In this document: in pieces, positions 26,203 through 32,000 of the stretch | Layout: each line of letters starts with the position of its first letter | Position numbering within the stretch: position 1 is the first letter of the stretch | Assembly: GCA_937890765.1 (NCBI GenBank) | Contig: CALADQ010000009.1 | Location: 15,339-47,338, forward strand | From: an uncultured Candidatus Neoarthromitus sp. | GTDB taxonomy: Bacteria > Bacillota > Clostridia > Clostridiales > Clostridiaceae | DNA length: 32,000 bases | Reading direction: 5' to 3' | The notes under the pieces: generated by a model | Told to the model about the DNA's origin: nothing | What the model saw: only the letters and a program-made list of their open reading frames with translations | Databases searched by the model: none | Translations under genes and position numbers: made by a program

Positions 26203-26463
26203 ATTTGTCCTCCTAAATCTTTAAAACAAAGTTAAAAACTACTTCACCATAATAATTATTACTAAAATTTAATTATTGTGTATTGTGATTTTCTCTTGGC
26301 ATAATAATAACATTTGTAATCTTTTTTTAACATATTTATATAATATGATTTTTCTAATGTTTTACTATTATTTTGAATTATATCTCCTATTCTCTCTATT
26401 TTCCTTACAATTTTATTTTTTAAATTACACTTTAACACGAAGTATAACACCTATAATTTAATA

Positions 26464-26489
26464 TTTAGAATTTAAATTTAAATTCTAAA
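26464..26489. repeat. perfect 26-bp palindrome
   Basis: tttagaatttaaatttaaattctaaa equals its own reverse complement. It lies about 260 bp upstream of the 969-aa surface protein start codon. Confidence 0.9.
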
Positions 26490-26885
26490 CTAAAGGAGCA
26501 TCTTTTCTATAACAGACGCTCCTCCTTTATAACAAACTAAGGTTTCAAAATAGAAATATTTATTTATATAGAATAATTACAAAATATTAACAAAAGTTAT
26601 AAATTAAAGCCATAAACAATAATACTAACTAAAAATTTTACTTATACTGCTTAAAACCAAGAAATAAATATAGATTAAAACAAGTTTTATTATATTCCAT
26701 CTTAATATTAAGAGGTTAAACATTAATATCTCTCAATATTAACGCAACTCATTATACATAATTTTAGATAAAAATTCAATAATAATCATAAATTATTATT
26801 TTATTTTTTTTGTTTTAAATTGATTTATTTACAATTATTATTTATTTTATAAATCTAGATTAATTTCGACTTGGAGGATAAATAA

Positions 26886-27599
26886 ATGATAAACAAACTT
26901 AAATTACGCCATTTTATTATGGTTTATCCCTCTTTATGGATCGTTTATTGCATTTTCGAATTGATATCAGGAAACATCTCAGATTTGTACAGCATGATAA
27001 TGAATTTAATACCTGCTTTGTTATTATGCATAATATCTTATTTGTTCTATATCTATTATGAAAAATCCATATTTCTAAAAACCAAAGGATTAATATTTTC
27101 CATATCTTCTTTGTTTTTAACGGACCAAATTTCTAAAATAATAGTCTCATCAATATTTAAATCAAAAAACATAACAACCCTCAAAGTTATACCCAATTAT
27201 TTTTCAATAACACCTTACATTAATGATAAAGGTTCTTTTGTCGCATCAAGATTCAATATAAATGCTCCATTTATTATTTTTACGATTTTCAATTTTTTAA
27301 TTTTGTTATTGATATTTTGGATATATAGGTTTAAACTTCATAAAAAACAAATTAGTTCAATAGAACAAATATCTTTTATATTTTTATTTTCTGGTGGTCT
27401 CTGTTCGCTTATAGATAAAATTTTTTGGGGTGGAAGTTTGGATTTCTTACACATAAATAATTTGTTTATTGCAGATGTAAAAGATATTTTCATAACTTTA
27501 GGACTTGCAAGTTTTATTCTATCAAGTATAATTTCAGACGATCAAATAAATTTAAAAGAATTTTTAAATTTTACATTTAAATTAAAAATTTCCAAATAA
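26886..27599 (+). CDS. signal peptidase II (LspA)-family membrane aspartyl peptidase, divergent and N-terminally extended
   Basis: GGAGGA SD 7 nt upstream. It has LspA-like blocks in the canonical order: LTDQISK (DQxTK), YINDKGSFV (NxGxAF-like), SGGLCSLIDK (GGAxGNxxDR-like, Asp kept), SLDFLH (VVDF) and LFIADVKD (FNxAD, Asp kept). At 237 aa it is longer than the roughly 150-170 aa typical for the family. Confidence 0.6.
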   Translation: MINKLKLRHFIMVYPSLWIVYCIFELISGNISDLYSMIMNLIPALLLCIISYLFYIYYEKSIFLKTKGLIFSISSLFLTDQISKIIVSSIFKSKNITTLKVIPNYFSITPYINDKGSFVASRFNINAPFIIFTIFNFLILLLIFWIYRFKLHKKQISSIEQISFIFLFSGGLCSLIDKIFWGGSLDFLHINNLFIADVKDIFITLGLASFILSSIISDDQINLKEFLNFTFKLKISK

Positions 27600-27620
27600 T
27601 TAAACGTGAGGAGGATTTAT

Positions 27621-28784
27621 ATGGATCCTAATTTTTTAATTGAATTATGCTTAATTTTGGTTTTAACTAAATTTCTTGGGTCTATCACAAACAAACTCAA
27701 AATAACAAATGTTGTTGGCGCTTTAATAGCTGGTATAATTTTGGGTCCTTCAGTGTTAAAAGTTGTTTCATACGATACATTTTGGGAATACGCATCTCAC
27801 ATAGGTGTTATTTTATTGATGTTCAATGCAGGACTTGAAACAGATTTAGATCACATAAAAAAAGTTGGGCTATCATCATTTTTAATCGCTACGATGGGAG
27901 TTATTTTACCTCTTATTGTTGGATTTTCAATTGGGTATTTTATAATGAACCTATCGTATTTAGACAGTATATTTTTAGGAATTATTTTTACCCCTACGTC
28001 TGTTTCAATAACATCTCAAACATTGAAAGACTTGAAAGCATTTTCTTCAAAGTCAGGCTCTGCAATTATGGGTTCTGCAATTATAGATGATATTTTGGGT
28101 GTTTTCATATTGACTCTTTTTGGAGGATCTTTAGGACAAGAAGTTGAAATTAAAAGTGTGTTAATTGGACTAGCTTTGTTTTTTGTGTTTGCATATTTGC
28201 TTATAAAATTTTTGCCAACATTCGTAAACAATTTCAGCATAAGCAAAGAGCATAAACACAGAATGCCACTTTATGCGCTAATTTTATGTTTTGCTATTTC
28301 ATTTATAAGTGAAGAATTTTTTCACGTTACTTCAATAATAGGCGCATATTTGACAGGTATTGTTTTTTCAAAATACGTTTTTCAACACACTGTCTACAAG
28401 CAATTAAATTATTTGAGCTACTTTATTTTTTCGCCAATATTTTTCGCAAGCATAGGAATGCAAACAAAATTATCTTCTTTCAATAAAACAATAATTATAT
28501 TTACAGTTATATTGTTTATTGGTGCTGCTTTAAGTAAATTTGTTGCTTGCTTCATAACATCAAAAATTTTGGGATATGAATTTTTGGACTCAGCAAAAAT
28601 AGGAGTCGGTATGATTTCGCGGGGTGAAGTTGCTTTAATTATAATGAACATAGGTATTGCTAATGGAATTTTAAAAGAATCTTTAGTTTCACCTCTCATA
28701 ATTGTTGTAATTTTGACCACGATAATAACTCCAATTCTTTTGTCGAGTTTGTATAAAATAAAACATTCTGTTAGGAATGCGTAA
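27621..28784 (+). CDS. cation:proton antiporter (CPA2 / Na+-H+ exchanger family)
   Basis: The track start GTG 27606 is itself part of the GTGAGGAGG SD, so ATG 27621 is preferred. The protein is polytopic, with VVGALIAGIILGPSVL, LLMFNAGLETDL and GMISRGEVALI motifs. Confidence 0.85.
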   Translation: MDPNFLIELCLILVLTKFLGSITNKLKITNVVGALIAGIILGPSVLKVVSYDTFWEYASHIGVILLMFNAGLETDLDHIKKVGLSSFLIATMGVILPLIVGFSIGYFIMNLSYLDSIFLGIIFTPTSVSITSQTLKDLKAFSSKSGSAIMGSAIIDDILGVFILTLFGGSLGQEVEIKSVLIGLALFFVFAYLLIKFLPTFVNNFSISKEHKHRMPLYALILCFAISFISEEFFHVTSIIGAYLTGIVFSKYVFQHTVYKQLNYLSYFIFSPIFFASIGMQTKLSSFNKTIIIFTVILFIGAALSKFVACFITSKILGYEFLDSAKIGVGMISRGEVALIIMNIGIANGILKESLVSPLIIVVILTTIITPILLSSLYKIKHSVRNA

Positions 28785-28816
28785 AAGGCTGAACATTAAA
28801 TTGTCCAGCCTTTTTA
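28785..28816. terminator. shared hairpin terminator between the convergent antiporter and ATPase genes
   Basis: The stem is aaggctg (28785-28791) with cagcctt (28806-28812), then ttttat. It overlaps the stop of the minus-strand gene. Confidence 0.65.
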
Positions 28817-31231
28817 TAAGTTTATGATGTAAGCATTTCCTTTTAAAAATTCCACTTCTCTTTTTGTAGATACAAACAAAATAACTTGTCTATCCTTTGA
28901 ATATTTTTCAAGAAGCATCAAAGCTTTTTTCATTCTACTGTCATCATAAGACAAAAATAAATCATCTAAAATTAATGGAACTTCTCCCTTGTCTTCATAA
29001 ATTAAATCCGCAATTGTAATTCTAAGTGCGAAATAAATTAAGTCCCACATCCCAACATTTAAAAATTCTATTCCCAATCTTTCTTTAACTAAAACAGAAC
29101 CATCGCTTCCAACTCCACCACTTATTCTTCGCGTACTCAAAGAATCTTTATTCAGATATTTTATTACATAATCTATTCTGCTAGAAATTTCAGATGAAAA
29201 TGTTTCTTTTAGTTCATAATAAATATCCGTAACTTTATTTATATACATGTCTATGTTTATAATTTTACTTTCCAAATATGAGATTGTGCCTTTTAAAGAA
29301 TTTATTTCATCGTTTATTAAATTAACTTGATACTTATTGTTGTCATAATTTTTTAATTCACCTTTCAACAAACATATTTCAGTATCAATTTCTTTAAGCT
29401 CATTTTTCAAAAAAGTATATTCACTTTCTATTTGGGATTCAGTTTTAGAAACTCTAGTGTTTTCATATTCTTCAAGAGATTCCATTTCATTTATTAAATC
29501 GTATTTATTTCTATTGTTTAAAATATTTTTAAGCTCGTTCTTCTTAAGAGCTAATTCATTTTTCACACTTTCCCGGTGATTTAATTTAAATTCCAAATTA
29601 TCGATAAAATTTTCAATATCTTGTATGTATAAATCTTCAAATCCAAATCTTTTTAGCATATCAAGAAGAATTTTCTCTTCCTTTTTGAAAGACTTAATAA
29701 CGCTTGTATATGATAAATCTCCATCTTTAAATCTAAAACTCAATTCATCTAATTCATCTTCTATTTTTTTTATGTTGTCCACATCTTTTTTAATTTTGTA
29801 GTAACTATAAGGATAAAGTTCATTTTCTATTTTAGAGATTTGGTTTTTAAGGTCATAAAATTTAGAAGCTTGGGAATCTACATTTTCCAAATCTTTATAT
29901 TCTTTATACAATATTGAAACATACACAATCCCAACTAAAACTAACGAAGTTAAACTTATCAAAACAATCCCCATCTTATTTATATTTAACACTGGAGCGA
30001 ATACAGTTATCAACAAACATAATAACAAAACAGACAAACAAACTTTCTTGTATCCCTTTTTCTGTTTGTTCTTTTTGAGCCTTGAGGAATTTTTATACTT
30101 GTTAAACAAATTTCCAAAACGACTATTGCCCTTTATTTTATCTATTTCCATATTTAAATTTTCAATTTTCTTAACCTTATCCGTATAAAAAAGCAAATTA
30201 GATTTTACAACAACATATTTATCAAGCTCACGATTTAAATATTCAAAACGTTCAAACACCTTGCACTCTTCATTAAAATCAAGCTTATTAACTTTCAAAA
30301 CTTCTCTCTTACGCTCTTTATAAATTGAAACTCTCTGTTTAAGCTCGTCTATAAAATCTTTAGACAAATCTTCTCCATCAATTTTAGGAATGTCATCATC
30401 TATATTTTTAAAATCACTTTCTAGTTTATCAATTTCATCTTCTGTGCAACATAATTGGGAAACCAAATTTTTAAGATTTATGTATTTAAAATATTTTCTA
30501 CAAACTTCAACATTAGTAAAATTATTAATAAGTTGCTCTCTTCTCTTAATTAAAACATTCAACCTATTTTCATCCAAAGAATTTAAATGAACAACCTCAT
30601 TAGCTTGATTTAGCTTGTCCACCAATTTCGAATATTTTTCATAAAGCTCATTTAAATTCACAGAAACTTTTATATTTTTAATAACATCTTTCGCACTGTT
30701 AATTAATTCAACAGATCTATCAAACGAAAACCGATTATCGAAATTCTCTTTTATTTTTGAGATATCGTTCATAAGTTTAGAGTCGCCGTTTAAAGAAACA
30801 AAATCATCTATATTTTTAACAAACATAGTTCTGTTGAAAGCTTCGAATCCTATATCCAAAAAAGTTTTTCCTGGTTGATCTAAGTTCAAATTAAAAATTT
30901 TTTCACCATCACAAACTCTCGTAACACTACTTGAATCTTGAACCTTGGAACTCCCGAAGGTTCTTTCGATAGAATATTCTACATTATTCTTTTCAATAAC
31001 TAATTCTCCCTTAGTTCTCTCCATCGAGAAAGGAGAATATTTCCTCCTAAAAAAACTTTTCAACACTTTTCTATCATTATCCATACCGTATAAAAAACAA
31101 ACTATAAAATTTTGTATAATAGTTTTAACTTGCTTATTTTCAGTATAAATTATGTTAATTCCATTTTCTAAAGAAATACTTTTATTACTTATAAGACCGA
31201 AATTATTTATATTAATTTTCTTAATTTTCAT
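28814..31231 (-). CDS. YhaN/SbcC-like AAA (ABC-type) ATPase with long coiled coils and two central TM helices
   Basis: The N-terminus MKIKKININNFGLISNKSISLENGINIIYTENKQVKT has the Rad50/SbcC-type head fold pattern. The protein has long Lys/Glu/Asn-rich helical arms and two hydrophobic helices (VCLSVLLLCLLITVFAPVL and MGIVLISLTSLVLVGIVYVSILY, about nt 29900-30050). The C-terminal head is LNVGMWDLIYFALRI...PLILDDLFLSYDD (Walker B and D-loop). Confidence 0.7.
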   Translation of the reverse strand: MKIKKININNFGLISNKSISLENGINIIYTENKQVKTIIQNFIVCFLYGMDNDRKVLKSFFRRKYSPFSMERTKGELVIEKNNVEYSIERTFGSSKVQDSSSVTRVCDGEKIFNLNLDQPGKTFLDIGFEAFNRTMFVKNIDDFVSLNGDSKLMNDISKIKENFDNRFSFDRSVELINSAKDVIKNIKVSVNLNELYEKYSKLVDKLNQANEVVHLNSLDENRLNVLIKRREQLINNFTNVEVCRKYFKYINLKNLVSQLCCTEDEIDKLESDFKNIDDDIPKIDGEDLSKDFIDELKQRVSIYKERKREVLKVNKLDFNEECKVFERFEYLNRELDKYVVVKSNLLFYTDKVKKIENLNMEIDKIKGNSRFGNLFNKYKNSSRLKKNKQKKGYKKVCLSVLLLCLLITVFAPVLNINKMGIVLISLTSLVLVGIVYVSILYKEYKDLENVDSQASKFYDLKNQISKIENELYPYSYYKIKKDVDNIKKIEDELDELSFRFKDGDLSYTSVIKSFKKEEKILLDMLKRFGFEDLYIQDIENFIDNLEFKLNHRESVKNELALKKNELKNILNNRNKYDLINEMESLEEYENTRVSKTESQIESEYTFLKNELKEIDTEICLLKGELKNYDNNKYQVNLINDEINSLKGTISYLESKIINIDMYINKVTDIYYELKETFSSEISSRIDYVIKYLNKDSLSTRRISGGVGSDGSVLVKERLGIEFLNVGMWDLIYFALRITIADLIYEDKGEVPLILDDLFLSYDDSRMKKALMLLEKYSKDRQVILFVSTKREVEFLKGNAYIINL

Positions 31232-31353
31232 AGAGTTACACGTCCTTGATAAAAGCTAAATTATCTATTTAAAATTTAAAATCTAAAATACAAAAAAATT
31301 CCAAAATGTTACATTAATACTATATATTAATAAATTTTATATTGCAATATCAA

Positions 31354-31387
31354 AGAAAAAAAAGCTATCACTTAAAAGCAATAGCTC
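31354..31387 (-). terminator. intrinsic terminator of the carboxypeptidase gene
   Basis: On the minus strand the stem is AGCUAU (31386-31381) with AUAGCU (31368-31363), followed by U8-9 (the complement of 31355-31362). Confidence 0.65.
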
Positions 31388-31395
31388 ATTTATTT

Positions 31396-32000
31396 TCACC
31401 AAATCCTTTTATTTTTTTTAGGTCTAAATATTTTTAGTATCAAGAATATAAAAACCCCAACAACTAAAATAAACAAAATTATCACAAGAACATAAATCAA
31501 AATATTATCAAATATTATTCCTTTCATGTTCGCATAAACGTTGTATGATTTTTCATATTCCCCAATCGTAATTTTAAATTTACCTACTGGCTTACTTCCA
31601 TTTGTAAAAATATTTATATTATCCTTAGCAGTAATTTCAGTTTTTAAATTTTCCCTATTAAAATCATTATCATAAATATAAATGTCTTCTTTAAATTCTA
31701 TTGGAACAGATTCAACTTTCTCTGGACCAAAAAATCCAAACAATTTATATTTTAAATCTAAGTAACGAGAATAATCTTGACCTTTTGGAATAAAAACGGT
31801 TTTTTCTTTTGTCTTAGCTACTTCCATAAGGTTGAGCATATCTTTAAAAACATATGTATCTTCAGAATCATAAACCGACTTTAAAACGCAAATTATATAA
31901 GTCTTTCCATTAAGCTCAAATGCTCCAACTAAATTCCTACCTGCTCTTGATGTGTATCCCGTCTTTCCTCCAATCATACCTTCTGTTCCCAATAATTTAT
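31396..32000 (-). CDS. D-alanyl-D-alanine carboxypeptidase (PBP5/DacA-DacF type); N-terminus lies outside the window
   Basis: The frame stays open to the window edge (..KLLGTEGMIGGKTGYTSRAGRNLVG contains the KTG box). It is followed by a PBP5 C-terminal-type domain and a C-terminal TM anchor (ILIYVLVIILFILVVGVFIFLILKIF). Confidence 0.8.
   Translation of the reverse strand, partial: KLLGTEGMIGGKTGYTSRAGRNLVGAFELNGKTYIICVLKSVYDSEDTYVFKDMLNLMEVAKTKEKTVFIPKGQDYSRYLDLKYKLFGFFGPEKVESVPIEFKEDIYIYDNDFNRENLKTEITAKDNINIFTNGSKPVGKFKITIGEYEKSYNVYANMKGIIFDNILIYVLVIILFILVVGVFIFLILKIFRPKKNKRIW

Noticed and set aside
26262-26461. Two overlapping 61-62-aa ORFs on opposite strands in the long intergenic region
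   Set aside because: Both have extreme AT-driven composition (F/Y/L/N/I/K-rich), lack an SD, and overlap each other. I treat the region as non-coding.
1-32000. Scan for CRISPR arrays, IS elements or transposases, integrases, tRNA or rRNA genes, and toxin-antitoxin pairs
   Set aside because: I saw no direct-repeat/spacer periodicity, no terminal inverted repeats flanking a transposase-like ORF, no tRNA-like cloverleaf regions in the intergenic gaps, and no small two-gene cassettes.

Overview
This is an AT-rich chromosomal window of Firmicutes type. The evidence for that is a murT-gatD operon, a PyrR-type attenuator, a purine riboswitch and strong GGAGG/GGTGG Shine-Dalgarno (SD) sites. I see no rRNA, tRNA, CRISPR array, transposase or phage genes.

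Gene content from left to right:
- Cell-envelope genes: uppP (runs off the left edge), a membrane TPR protein, murT-gatD, a phosphodiester glycosidase and an Ltp-type lipoprotein.
- A 9-kb minus-strand block (7.9-16.9 kb): three tandem GT2 glycosyltransferases (two are a recent duplicate), a 622-aa fusion of a helical domain to a TylF-like methyltransferase, a 724-aa secreted protein with a C-terminal DUF4214 tail, a small anchored protein and an RmlB-like dehydratase.
- A nucleobase-salvage module (17.0-21.7 kb): adenine deaminase behind a guanine-type purine riboswitch, then codB-codA behind a PyrR-binding attenuator.
- A GT2-TPR glycosyltransferase with SunS/GmaR-like architecture, convergent with a second, 969-aa paralogous DUF4214 surface protein.
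- A 683-bp structured non-coding region, a divergent LspA-like peptidase, a CPA2 antiporter, a YhaN/SbcC-like ATPase with central TM helices, and a D-Ala-D-Ala carboxypeptidase (runs off the right edge).

The most interesting hypothesis is that the two DUF4214 surface proteins and their flanking soluble glycosyltransferases, methyltransferase and GT2-TPR enzyme form an uncharacterised surface-layer glycosylation or anchoring system. The window lacks the canonical export, initiation and ligase genes for such a system.

All family assignments come from motif recognition by eye. No database search was run. Several ORF-track starts appear to extend upstream through the true SD, and I give revised starts for those.
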